This document shows, in pieces, positions 1 to 14,367 of a DNA stretch of 64,000 nt. Location of the stretch: the NCBI GenBank assembly GCA_009914755.4, contig CP068257.2, forward strand, positions 34,368,001 through 34,432,000. The letters run 5' to 3'. The translations under genes and the position numbers were made by a program. The DNA is from the human T2T-CHM13v2.0 reference genome, Homo sapiens. Below the pieces are notes generated by a model. That model did no database searches, was not told where the DNA came from, and worked only from the letters and a program-made list of their open reading frames with translations. How positions within the stretch are numbered: position 1 is the stretch's first letter; the number at the start of each line of letters is the position of its first letter.

Positions 1-712
1 ACTTACATGTCAATAGCATCCTCTTAAAGGTTGAAAATATGTAACCCTTTGGATATTTTAAGAGCACATATAGTATCAGAATCTGTAACAACATGTACTT
101 TAATTCCTACATAAAATGTTAAAATACAGCCCAAGTGAATAGCTCTCTTTCCTGCATCCAGAAAAATGCGAACCATCCAGTCTAGGAAGGAGCAAAGTGA
201 CAAAACCTGTTTGAACAAACCCAATGCTACACTCCACTTCAGTGGAGTACCTTTCCCATCTGGTGGTGGGTTCAAGAATTGTCCCTAAAACACTTTTAAA
301 TCCACTCGTGACTTTGCAAAGTAGTAGCATCAGTGCCAGCCTGAGTCCCAGCAGTTAGACACATATTGATCCCCCAAATTGATTACTAATTGACACCAGA
401 TTCTGGTAATTTCAAGGGCAGGTCAATTACTGGCTGCCTATAGAATTATTAGTACAAAGGTGAGTAACCCCTAAGGAAAAACACTATTTTGACTTTATTT
501 AAACTTTTCCCTGAGAAGCTGACATTCCTCTACAACATTAATTCTCAGAAATATTTTTAATGCACTGTAATATTTTATCTTGGAGGCAGAGAAAAATAGC
601 AAGAAATAAGAAAGGGGAAGAGAGTGCATGGAAGAGAGGGACAGTCACAGTCATTGCCATATTCGGTGGAGAGCCAAAAATAAGAATACACAATTATGTT
701 TAAAATATATGG

Positions 713-991
713 GGCCGGGCACAGTGGCTCACGCCTGTAATCCCAGCATGTTAGGAGGTGGAGGTGGGTGGATCACTTGAGGTCAGGAGTTTGAGACCAG
801 CCTGGCCAACATGGTGAAATCCCATCTCCACTAAAAACAAAATTAGCCGGGTGTGGTGGCAGGCACCTGAAATCCCAGATACTCAGGAGGCTGAGGCAGG
901 AAAATTGCATGAACCCGGGAGCCAGAGGTTGTAGTGAGCTGAGATTGCACCACTGCAGCCTGGGCAACAGAGTGAAACTCTGTCTCAAAAA

Positions 992-1000
<9 letters not shown>
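713..1000 (+). mobile_element. Alu SINE
   Basis: ggccgggcacagtggctcacgcctgtaatcccagc ... poly-A. Confidence 0.95.

Positions 1001-1027
<27 letters not shown>
1001..1027. repeat. (TA)n microsatellite grown from an Alu poly-A tail
   Basis: tatatatatatatatatatatatatatatg directly after a14. Confidence 0.95.
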
Positions 1028-1033
<6 letters not shown>

Positions 1034-1922
1034 CAATTAAAGATTTTAAAAGGGGTAAGTCAATTTCTCTCTGGAATCTTGAAAATATAATCCAGAAAAA
1101 TGAATGACTCCATAACTAAAATATTAACTATACTTAAAAGTAGAATTGATGTCCAATACTGATATATCCAGATAACTCATATTGACACAAATATCTCTCC
1201 AATAATTTTATGTTTTCCAATATAATTGTCTCATGTCTTCATTCTCCCAATCTTTACACTGTTCTCTTTCTTTTTACAGTAATATCATAGAAAAATTGGT
1301 AATACATTTGTATTCATTAATCTGACAAATAGTTATTGAGCACCTGCTCTGTGCCAGGCATTGGGATACAGCAGTGAATAAGACAAATCCTTGTGCACAT
1401 GGGGCTTACACTCTAATTGGGGACACAGGCAATCTACAAGTACACGTACCTCAGGTTCCATAGAAAGCACTAAATATCATCTCATTTAATTTTTCCAGCT
1501 CTATGTGGTGGGTCCTATTATTTTTCATTTTACATGTGAAAAACAAAAACAAAAACAAGGCTCAGAGAGGTTAATTGGTTTGCCCAAGGACTCAGATGAG
1601 TGAGTGGCAGAACCAGGATTCAAAATCAGATATCTTCTCCAAAGTCCAACATCGTCCAGCTGCAAGTTTTCAACAGCAACGCAGCCAGCATCCACTGATG
1701 ACAGCTTATGTGCCAGGCCCTGGGGAATACAGAAGTGACTGGGGCCTGCCTCCAAGAGTTAGCGCAGCATCTGCCTGCCTAGGGGACATCAGGCTTCCAG
1801 TGTCTAACAGGACACCCACCTGCTCACTGGCATTCACTGAAAATAACAAATTCTCCCGATCTCAGCTCCAACATTCTGAAAAAAATACCAAAAATTATTA
1901 TTTAAAAATTATAGCAAAAGTT

Positions 1923-2228
<306 letters not shown>

Positions 2229-4424
2229 TGTAAAAGTGAAATTCAACAAAAGGATTAACATCAAGATTAACATGAACTGATCCTGTGATTTCCCTACAAG
2301 GGGAGGAAAAGCTACGTTTGAGGCTCTTTGGATTTTTGCGGGGCTTTCTTTCCCCATTTTATTTAGAATAAGGCAATGGAAGTGCAGCTCTTGCTTCTAT
2401 ACTAAGCGCATTTTGAAAGACTCATTGACACCAAACATCAATGAGGAATGAAACATTACAAAGATGCTCCCCTTTAAACAAACATAAAGTCAGCGCTTTT
2501 AAATATTATGTGCTTCTTGGACAGGTATCCTAATTCAAGACAGCATCTCACACAAACTGGAGCTGGCGATCAGTCGAATAACCTGGCTGACATCACTGAT
2601 AAGGCCAAGGACTCCCAGCACCTTCTGACAAACCTCTGTTTCTTGCTTCTTGTCTGAAGTACACTGTTTGCTTGGCAAAAGCCAGGAGACGTGAGAACCT
2701 CCCACAGCAAATGTTGATTTAAAGAAAATGTCCTAAGTGACCAGTGATATTTATCCAGGTATTCTTTCCACCACCTGTGCAGAGTTTACCAAGGAGGTGG
2801 GTAGGGTCGCTATCTTGGGTGCGTTCAGCTTGAGTTGCCTGGATACCACATCTTGAGTTCAACAGGGAACATAAATCTAATTGTTCCTCTCTTCACTTAA
2901 ACCCTAAGGATTCCAAATTAGATTGCATTGCTGAACTACATGAGTGAACCTTATGCATTTGACCTCTCAATGTGGTTTGCAAATCTACCCTCTGGAACTA
3001 AAGGCAGGAAGCTTTGCTATTGAAAAGATGTTAGCGTCTCATCAAACACAGCCAATGTTCAAGAATCGTGCCCCTTGGCAGGAGCATGTTTTAATTGCTG
3101 GTGATATTGCAGAACAGATTTCTGAAGTCTAATTTTCTTTCTGCAGCCAAATTTTCGACGTATATTAATAATATCCTCATAAACTTACATCTGTGGGTAC
3201 AGTCATCGCTGCATAGTTGGCTTCACAGTTCTAAAAAAGAAAAAGAAGAAAATTTGGAAAAATTATTCCCAAAAAGGACACGATTATAAAGTTGATAGTA
3301 GGAGCAAACTTCAAAGTTACCACTCCTATAGAATGTTTAGAAAATTTTAAGATGATTAAACTTCATGGAAATTTTTAAGGTCTCTTTTCATGAAATTATT
3401 TTTTTCTTTTGACTATATTTCCATTTTATAGCACTTATCACAACAGTAATTAACGAATTAGCTGCATAATGATTTATTTAATGTCAGTCCCCCTGCTCGT
3501 TCTGTAACCCCCTCCAAAGGGAGGAACCGGGACTGATCTGTTTACCTTCCCAATGCTCGGTATATTGACAAATAGCAGGGGCTCAAAAAACTTTTTTTTG
3601 CTGCTGTTATCTCCATAATAGGATCATGACTGCATTGTCAGAAGTGTCAATTAGCTACCTCAAAAGCACTTGGCTTCATTTAATGACTTCCTCTCATACT
3701 ACAGTTATGCAAGATGTGACGGAAGTAAAGGAAACATGGAATCTCCTTGTATATTTTTTGCAACTTCCTATGAATCTACAATTATTTCAAAACAAAGAGC
3801 TTTTCTATAAAAAAAAAAAAAAAAAAAAAGATTTTGCTCCCTGCCACCAGCTTCTTGGATTTCACCTAGATCTTAGGAACTTCCATCTCAATCTTCCCAT
3901 ACCCATAATATACTTGGCTTCCTGATTTCAACAATGTTTTCCAGGAGGTTGACTTGCAACAACCCAATATGAGCTAGAAGCTCAGCGTTCCTTCCCACCC
4001 ACCCTTGACAAAGCAGATCATTTTATACGACAACAGCCACTTTTCTGAGAGGGCCTGCCAAAATGCCAAGTGTGGTGCCAATTTTTATACAATTGATTCC
4101 TTTCTGTCTCCTCCACACAGAGACCACCAAAAAGCTGTCACATGGTAGTAATTTTCAAGAACTCACTGGCACATCAAGGGTCAGGAAGAAATGTTATGTT
4201 GATGAGCTGGTCATTTGCTCAAGATTTCTGGTTGGCAAGAAAATACAGAGCGTGTACACCCAGGTTCCCAGACGACAAACCACACACCCAAGTATTATTG
4301 AGCCTCATCCATGGCAGCCTCATGTTACACAATGAATCAGGCCACCGCCCAGCGCCAAGAGCCTTGGAAAACTATGCAAAGTGCATTAAAATCAACAGAA
4401 AAACTTCTCATGTCACAATATTTA

Positions 4425-5072
<648 letters not shown>

Positions 5073-5514
5073 TTAAATTCACATCAGTCTCTGTGGGTCA
5101 GAAGACAAAGGCTGTCTAGCTCTCCAACACCTTCACAGGCTTAAAGCAGGACCTTCCACTGACTCGTGTGAAGGCAATGGCAAATAACAGACATTCAAGG
5201 AGAAACAGCTTTGACGAACCTCTCCTGACAGTGAGGCTAGGAGAGAGAAAAAGAAATGAAAATCAATTTGCATGATCACCAAGACAGAAATGGGGGCAGA
5301 GGGAAAGAGGGCCGAAAGGAGAGAGAAATGATCTTCGTTATTAATGTTTTTAATATGGCAGCATGATTAAGACATAGTCTCCCTGCCAGGCAGCAAGTTC
5401 AGAGGGAGACAAACCGCCCGTCTTCTCATGGGTTTTTAGCAGGAGAGTAATGCCCATTGGCGTAACAGTTTCAAATCGATACAGCACTTTCACCTATAGA
5501 AACTCACTTACGGA

Positions 5515-5870
<356 letters not shown>

Positions 5871-6483
5871 TTAGAGAGCAAGGGGCAGAACCAGGAGAAC
5901 AGTGCGATGAGTCAGGCCAGCCATTCCGTAGGGAAGTGAAAGAAGCAAGTGAGAATTGCCGTGCTAGTCTTTGGGAAAAATAAGATAAAGCATAGCTCCC
6001 CGGGTAGGGGTGGGGGAGATTCCTCTCCTCCTTTGGAGTAGGCCTAGGACTACGGAAACAGGATTTCAGAGTTACACTTGTTCTGACAATCCAGAGAATA
6101 GTCCCTAAGCAGATAAATGCTCATTTCAAAGGTGATTCTCGAACATTGTCTCCAAAAAGAAATCCACCCAGAAATGTGAGATGAGAGGACTGTACACAAA
6201 GGGCCTCAACTGTTGCTTCCATTGGCGGCTCCAATGGGATACTGGTTTAAGTCAAAATATCAAAGGATTTGACGGTGAGCAGCGCTGGCCAGACTCCTGA
6301 CTGCAGCCATGAGGAGAGAGAAGCCCCTGTTGTCCAGGCTTCTGTTCACACATCTGCATTTTCCCAGTGCAAACAGAGGTGGCCTTGCGGGACAGAGCAG
6401 GAGAGTGAGGAGGGAGATGGATCATCACTGTCCCTCACTGATGCCAGTTTCCTTTTCACCACTGGGGATAAAAATGCTTGGCT

Positions 6484-6789
6484 CCAGGCCAGACACCATG
6501 GTTCACACCTGTAATCCCAGTGCTTTGGGAGGCCGAGGCGGGCAGATCATCTGAGGTCAGGAGTCCAAGACCACCTGGCCAACATGGTGAAACCCCGTCT
6601 CTACCAAAAATACAAAAATTAGCTGGGCATGGTGGTGTGCAGCTGTAGTCCCAGCTACTCAGGAGGCTGAGGCAGGAGAATCGCTTAAGTCTGGGGAGGC
6701 GGAGGTGCAGTGAGCCGAGATCGCGCCACTGCACTCCAGCCCGGGCTACAGAGTGAGACTCCATCTGAAAAAAGGGAAAAAAAAAAAAG
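6484..6789 (+). mobile_element. Alu SINE
   Basis: Canonical Alu. Confidence 0.95.
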
Positions 6790-7139
6790 CTCGGCCCCAC
6801 CACCTCACAGAGCCAGAGTTAAAAGCCAACTTGGGCCGGCGCCTATTGCATCTAGGAAGGTAAAGCCTAGTAACCTGGGGGAAACTGTTTTCCCAACTCA
6901 GCCTACGATTCCATTTTGTTTTATTTAACCTCGTTCTGGGCGTGCAGTTTGTAGCCACGTGGGAGGCTCCTGTACTGAATTGTTTCCAGTGTGCTGAACC
7001 AGACTGATGTTTCCCTGATGCTAGGCCAGTGCGATCTCATTTCTCCTCCTGTGAGAGATTTGGGAGCACGCCTCCCTGGGCAGAGGCTAAGGGGAGCAAA
7101 ATAGTGCACCCCCAAGTGCTAGCAGCCAACATAAACCAT

Positions 7140-7700
7140 CAGGCTTAGTAGTAGGGAATGGAACAGCCACCCTGCAATGGCTAAAATACACATCACATAA
7201 AATTTACCATCTTCACCATTTTTAAGTCTACAGTTCGGCAGTGTTAAGTACATTCACATGCGTGTGCAGCCACCTTCACCACCATCTCCAGAACTCTTTA
7301 CATCTTGCAAAACTGCAACTCTGCCCCATTAAACATTAACTCCCCATTCCCCTTCGCCCCAGCCCCCGGCAACCACCGTTCTACCTCTGTCTCTACGAAT
7401 TCGACTACTCTAGAGACCTCGTATAAGTGGAATCATACAGTAGTTGTCCTTCTGTAACTGACTTCTTTCACTTAGTATAATGTCCCCGAGGTTCATCCCT
7501 GTGTCCGAATTCCCTTCCTTTCCAGGCTGGGTGCTGCGCTGGTCTATCTACAGCCATACAGCATTTTCTGTATTTATTCCCCCATCGATGAACGCCTGGG
7601 CTGCTTCCACCTCTCAGCTATGGTGAATAATGCTGCTATTAGCACAAGTGTACACACATTTGTTGGAGTTTGCAGCCCTTTCTCACAGCTTCCCAAACAG
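7140..7700 (-). mobile_element. L1 3'-end fragment (antisense; L1M/L1P-like)
   Basis: Antisense L1 3'UTR/ORF2-end motifs: aaatttaccatcttcaccatttttaag, cattaaacattaactccccattcccc, ggaatcatacagtagttgtcc, catccctgtg, gctatggtgaataatgctgctat. Confidence 0.8.
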
Positions 7701-7859
7701 ACAAATAGAAGTGAATGGCGCATCCCAGAAGACTGTTGTTTCCCTATTGCGGGGTTAACTGCCCAAGTCCACCTGAAGGTGATGGGCCGGGCCCTTCCGA
7801 TTCAAGCTGTGGTTCAGGGGGCTGTCTCAGAGGCTGCCAAGGCTACCTTACTGTACAAT

Positions 7860-9540
7860 GCCTCACACACACACAACACCCACCACAATGCCCAAGCTTC
7901 ACACAACATGCACCCCAACTCTCCCATATACCCCAACTCTCACAACACACACCCTATCAGATGACCCAGCTCTCATACACCTCAACTTTCACACATACCC
8001 CCTCACACACACCCCAACTCACACACACCCCAACTCACACACACCGCAACTCACACCTCAACTCTCACACATCCCAACTCACATACACCCCAACTCACAC
8101 ATACCCCAACTCACACACACCCCAACTCACACACACCCCAACTCCCACATACCCCAACTCCCACACACCCCAACTCCCACACACCCCAACTTCCACATAC
8201 CCCAACTCCCACACACCCCAACTCACACACACTCCAACTCCCACATACCCCAACTCACACACACTGCAACTCACACCTCAACTCTCACACACCCCAACTC
8301 ACATACACCCCAACTCACACACACCCCAACTCTCACATACCTCAACTCACACACTGTAACTCATACCTCAACTCTCACACACACCCCAACTCACACACAC
8401 CCTCACACACCTCAACTCTCACACACACCCCAACTCACATATAACCCAACTCACACACACTATAACTCATACCTCAACTCTCACACACCCCAACTCACAC
8501 ACACCCCAACTCTCACACCCCAACTCACACACACCCCAACTCTCACACACACAACTCACACCTCAACTCACACCCCAACTCATATACACCCCAACTCACA
8601 CACACACTCACATACCTCAACGTACACACACTGCAACTCACACCTCAACTCTCACACACACCCCAACTCACATACACCCCAACTCACACCCACCCCAACT
8701 CTCACATACCTCAACTCACACACACAACTCACACCTCAACTCTCACACACACCCAAACTCTCATAACACACACCCCAACTATCAGATGACCCAACTCTCA
8801 CACACCTCAACTCTCACACACATTCCAACTCACACACACCAGCTCTCACACGCATCCCAATTCACACACACCCTAGCTCTCACAACACACACCCCAACTC
8901 TCACACACCTCAACTCACATCCCAACTCACACACACCCCAGCTCTCACACACCCCAACTCACACACACAACTCACACCTCAACTCTCACACACAACCCAG
9001 TTCTCACACACACTGCAACTCACACACCCCAACTCTCACACATACCACAACTCTCACAGCACACACCCCAACAGATGACCCAACTCACATACACCCCAAC
9101 TGTCACACACATCCCAACTGATACACACCTTAACTCTCACACACTCCAACTCACACCATTCCGACTTACATACACCCCAACTCACACACACCCCAGCTCT
9201 CACACACCCCAACTCACTTCAAGTCACACACCTCAACTCTCACACACCCCAACTCTCACAGCACACACCTCAACAATCAAACGACCTCACACACCCCACT
9301 CACACACATCCCAGCTTGCACCTCAACACACACACTCCAGCTCACACACCCCAATTCACACACACCCCAACTCACACACCCCTCAACTCACACACCCCAA
9401 CTCTCACACACAACTCACACCTCAACTCACACACACTCCAACCCACTCACTTCAACTCTCACACACCCCAACTCACAAATGCCCCAACTCACACACACCT
9501 CAGCGCACACCTCAACTCTCACACACCACAACTCTCATAT
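7860..9540. repeat. Minisatellite of about 1.7 kb with roughly 100 copies of the 16-mer CCCCAACTCACACACA (minus strand GGGGTGTGTGTGAGTT), variant-rich and with higher-order blocks
   Basis: There is direct 16-bp periodicity. The marker motif atcagatgacccaRctc recurs at about 7955, 8775 and 9070. Plus-strand ORFs (214, 302, 111, 198 aa of HTPTHT...) are stop-codon-free repeat artefacts. Confidence 0.9.
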
Positions 9541-11069
9541 CTGAGCCCCACCAATCAGAAACCCTGCCATGTCCAGGGACTTCACGAAGACAGCCTCCAG
9601 GCCAACTCAACCCGGAGTCGAGTCCAGTGGCTGTTTGCTCCTGGCTCTCCATAAGAGTTTGCTTGGACTGAGGTGAACATTCACTGGCAGAGGACTCTGT
9701 GTGACTGGCTTATTCCACGAATGCCAGCACCTACCTGACTCACTGACCTGACCCAGCACTTCCCTAAGCAGTAGCCACATGGACCACTGAGCAAGCAAGT
9801 GGTGCAATAAGCGCACTGAACAGATGCTGGTTAATCAGGAGGGCAGTAAGGTCTTCCCGGACTGTCCTGATAAGGGTACCTATGGTGACAATAGCAGAAA
9901 GTGGCCCCAGACTTCAACCTATCTGCTTTCCTGCATCTGGGCCCCAGCCCTCCTCAGGAGGTTGACTTAACCACTCACCACACCAATAAACAAATCTCCC
10001 TTCAACCTCAGGCAGTTCAGGCATCGGATGGCCAAAGTGCAGAGAAGGATGCTTTCCCTCCCCTTTTCAGGAAGATAGGAGAAGAAAAGTCCTGTGGATA
10101 GCATCCACGGATTGACTGGCTTTGCCAGGCCTGTGGATAGTTATAGTCACAGATGTCACAAGGTGCACAAAACAAAATGATCCAGCCATTAGAGACCAGG
10201 GCTGCTTCTCAGCAGGGCACAAGGCAGGAAACTGAAAGATCACTCAAGTCTCTAACGAAGAAACCCAACCAGAAACAATAGAAGAGACACCTTCTCAACT
10301 ATCTCAATCAAATGTGTCGTCATCTTCTGCAACAGACCTTACTGTCTTTGAACCAATGCATTCAGTCATATCTCAAAAGACTCCCAGCTCTGGATCCAAT
10401 CGGCTTGAACTTGAACCCATTTTGCCAGGAACCAGGAGAACAGGCTCCTAGGCAGAGCATGAGGCTGTCAACTCACCTCTTGTGGAAAGGTTTGCTCTGA
10501 GTTTGTTTTTTAAATAAAGAGGGCAACGGCAGGAATAATTACATGTAGTAAATATACTACTCCCCTCCTCAAGTAACCTCTTCACAGCAACCGAGACCCA
10601 GGAAAGTCTGTCATTAAGGTCCATAAAGGAAAAAAAGTGCATATCAACATTGAGGTTTTTGTGGTGAGCCATGATGAGTTCTCCCTAGAGTTTGCTGGTA
10701 CTATCTCACCAGGCTCTTTTATCCCAACATGGCTGTGGTTTAGTCTTCAAACAAGTTGAAAGGTAAGCAAATACCCTTCCTTCCAGGTTACATTTGACTG
10801 CCCTCAGCGTCAGGTGTGTTTTGTGAATGCCAGCATTATCATAAAAAGCCACAATTCACCCACACACAACCACAGAACCCCCATCTAAAATAAACCAGAA
10901 CTGGGGCAGAGCTTTATCCAAAGAACAAAATCAAATGTGCTTAAAAGGTGATACAGCCAGCTTCACGATCGTGGATCTTCTTGAAGTGGGAAATGAGAGA
11001 ATTAAGAGAAATCAGATGAGTAATTCAAACCACTGTAAAACCCTGCCAAACATCACAAATGAAGTCTTT

Positions 11070-11295
11070 TTTTATTTATTTTTTTATTTCAATAGGTTTT
11101 TGGGGAACAGGTGGTGTTTGGTTACATGAATAAGTTCTTAAGTGGCGATTTCTGGGATTTGGGTGCACCCATCAGCCAAGCAGTGTACACTGTACCCAAT
11201 GTGTAGTCTTTTACCCCTCACCCCCTCCCAGCCTTTCCCCCCGAGTCCCGAAAGTCCAATGTATTATTCTTATGCCTTTGCATCCTCATAGCTTA
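11070..11295 (-). mobile_element. 5'-truncated young L1PA 3' end (antisense), flanked by the 12-bp TSD caaatgaagtct
   Basis: tttcaataggtttttggggaacaggtggtgtttggttacatgaataagttctt...gcacccatcagccaagcagtgtacactgtacccaatgtgtagtctttt. The TSD copies sit at about 11058-11069 and 11297-11308. Confidence 0.85.
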
Positions 11296-11344
11296 GCTCC
11301 CTCAAATGAAGTCTTAACAACACTGACTAAATGTGCACTGTCTA

Positions 11345-11490
11345 ACTCAGTAGTCATTAGCACATGTGGCTATTTCAATTTAAACTTTAGTTCATTAAAC
11401 TGAAATAACATTTAAAATTCAGCTCTGCAGTCATGCTAACCACATATATCAAGTGCTCAAAAGCCACATGTGGTTAGTGACTACCATATT
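11345..11490. mobile_element. Palindromic MITE-like DNA-transposon relic (terminal inverted repeats about 25 bp)
   Basis: cagtagtcattagcacatgtggctattt ... aagccacatgtggttagtgactaccatattgggcagcacagatataaaacatttgtatcatcatagaaag. The arms are mutual reverse complements with a few mismatches. The family name is not recalled with confidence. Confidence 0.5.
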
Positions 11491-12381
11491 GGGCAGCACA
11501 GATATAAAACATTTGTATCATCATAGAAAGTTATATTTTCCAGTATATAAGACTAACTACTAAAAAAGGGAAAGGGAGTAGAAAAAAATGGTCTTTAAAA
11601 AAAAAAAGAGGTCCAAAACCTAAGCATCCACTGTATACCTCTCTTGCAGCTTCCTGGAGCCTCATTCAAACACAATAAACATTCAGTTGACTTGTTATGA
11701 GACTCTAGGACTAAATAACCAATGTTGTTCCATTAAAAGATAGTAGCAGTACATGAGCCATGTCTTATTATTTTTGTAATTATTATAAATTTTTAAATAA
11801 ACTGAGAGCAACCCTTTTTGCAAAAGATTGGTTGATGGCCTCCTGTTTATTCTGGGAATCTGTTCTCCTGATTTCTGGTGGGATGATTTTAGATCTTGCT
11901 GGAAAGGAATAGGAAAACATCCTACTTCCCACTTCAAGCACTTTTAGGATATATTTATTTATGATCCTTATTCTTTCCATAAATGTTCAACATAGATTGA
12001 ATGATTTTTCTTATTTTAGGAATTTTCTTAGCATAAGCATTTGCTAAGGACCACCCCAAATTTGGATGTTATTATGGAACAGTAGAGATTATCTTAGTCA
12101 AGGCAAAGCAAGTAATGAAAACCAACTTGGGCTACCTTGATCAGAAAATGAAATTTGTGAGAAGGATGCGGGGGTGCTTCATGGAACCCGAGGATAAGGA
12201 GACTTCATGAGCAACTGGGGGACTGGGAAATCCACGAGCTCTCTGCCTCTTAGCTCCACATCTCTTTGTACAACTACTTTCTCCAGAACTTCATTGTTTA
12301 CTTCACTTCATAGGGTAGAAAAAGACCATCTTATAGCTCTAAGGAATACCTATGGCCACTCCATGACTTCTGGATTTTTGT

Positions 12382-12555
12382 GTGCTCCTTGGTACTCAGG
12401 ATTTCTGAGACCCAATTCTAAGTGCCCAGGAAAGCTGATTTACCCGGCTTGCCCCAGTGATCCAAACAACCATGGAAGGAGGGGGGAACCGTCTTAATGC
12501 AAACGTGTCAGCAACAGGTACTGAGGTCTCAGAAATCCTGAGTACCAAGGAGCAC
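12382..12555. repeat. Perfect 31-bp inverted repeat (arms 12382-12412 and 12525-12555) separated by a 112-bp spacer; a hairpin-forming MITE-like element
   Basis: Arm 1 is gtgctccttggtactcaggatttctgagacc. Arm 2 is ggtctcagaaatcctgagtaccaaggagcac, its exact reverse complement. The bases flanking the arms do not pair. Confidence 0.9.
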
Positions 12556-14074
12556 GCCCTCAGCACTGTGAGACCTGAGTAGATGGTTCAAAATCCAGCC
12601 ATGGGCCACTAAATTTCCACTTAAAATCATTGTCATGGAATCATTCATAATTTACAGTTGCCATTTTGCCATTGACAAAATTGTGGAAAGAAGGAACTTC
12701 CTGACTTGTCTAAAGTCATAGCTACTCATTGGCAGAGACAAAAGAATTATATGTGGACCTTGATTCCTGCCTCCTCCTATTTCTACCACATCCCATTGAA
12801 ACTTTCACCAATTCAATAGAATTGAAATTGTTGAATTTGCACCCACTAATGATCCCTCAATTATTAACTATTCCCATACTTGAATGTTGTGTACACACTT
12901 TTGCACAGTTCTAATGATATGTGCAGCAGGAATCTTGTCTAGGCTGTAGATGAAGCTTGTGGAGGTGAAAGACCCACCCACATGCATGGCATCCACTAAT
13001 TATCATGGGGTCCAGAAACCTCCCCCCAAATTACTGGAATCTCTGTTGAGCCCAGGAGCAGGTAGAACAGTGCCAAGTAGGGGAAGCCCACAGAAGGTGG
13101 GAATAGAGGAGACTGTGACAGTCCCTGGGACAGAGTCTACTGTGCTGGATAAAGGTTGAACCTGATGTGTCAGATTCACCAACAGGACCTGTGGGATAGA
13201 GGGAAATGGTAATTCTAGGTACGACTCTGCCTGGATGCTGCCCGCAGGCTCAACCACATTGACAGTGTGTACATGATTTGGGGAAGAAAAAGGATGTACA
13301 ATACAAACAATTAAGAGAGCTGTAAATTCTTGGGAGCCAGCACCCAGCATCTCTGAAGAGGGAGCGCCTCCAGAAAAGCAGAGATTGGAAGGTGTTTCCC
13401 TAGCGGCAAGAGAGGGGTAAGCCCCAGCACACCTAAAGTCCAGGAGGCAACAGAGGCTGCCTTCCATCCCCACTTTCACTGCTGCCCCCACCCCACCGCC
13501 CCAAGCAAGTATCAGCAGACCAAAGAAGTCTTAGAGCTTTAAGGGGACTTGGAGCTCCAGAAACAAAAGTAAGTTCTACCAACAAGTCCAATGTAGAAAA
13601 CTACGGGGAACGACGCTGATTGGCCCCGTTTGCATTACCTGACAACTCCAGGACCAATCACCATGGTGGGAAGGATGTGGCACCATAAGCAGCACACCCT
13701 GCGTCAGGTGCCCGTTCAGCCCCCCACAACCACACATGTTAGGGGAGGACCAGCAGGACCTCAAAGGTGAAGAGAGGTACTGTTACTGGAGGAAGAAGTG
13801 CTAAACACACCAAAACAGCAGATACCTACTGGGTACTCCCCACCTGAGGGATTTCTACACAGTTAACCTAACAAGGTCAAGAATAAAAGGTATGAATAAG
13901 CTGAAATCACTTTAGAGAGGAGTTTCTGAAAAAGAAGATGCTAAGATAAGACCTTAAAGTTCTCCAAGAGGATAATATGGAAAAAAGACAAGGAACTAAG
14001 ACAACCAAGAAATAGAAGTATAGGAATGAAAAAGACAAAAGAAATAAACTAAAGAGCAATAAAAGTTGTCACAT

Positions 14075-14367
14075 AGGCTGGGCGCGCTGGCTCACGCCTG
14101 TAATCCCACCACTGTGGAAGGCCGAGGCCGGTGGATCACCTGAGGTCAGGATTTCGAGATCAAACCTGGCCAACTTGGTGAAATTCCATCTCTATTAAAA
14201 AGACAAAAAATCAGCAGGATTAGCAGGCAGGTGCCTGTAATCCCTACTCAGGAGACTGAAGCAGGAGACTCACTTGAACCCGGGAGGCAGAGGTTGCAGT
14301 GAGCCAAGACCACGCCACGGCACTCCAGCCTGAGCAACAGAGCGAGACTCCATCCCAAAAAAAAAAA
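14075..14367 (+). mobile_element. Alu SINE
   Basis: ggctgggcgcgctggctcacgcctgtaatccc... Confidence 0.95.

Noticed and set aside
7715-9671. Long plus-strand ORFs (214, 302, 111, 198, 112 aa) rich in H/T/P/Q/L/S
   Set aside because: They lie entirely within the (CCCCAACTCACACACA)n minisatellite. The unit lacks stop codons in these frames and the peptide is a periodic artefact, not a gene.
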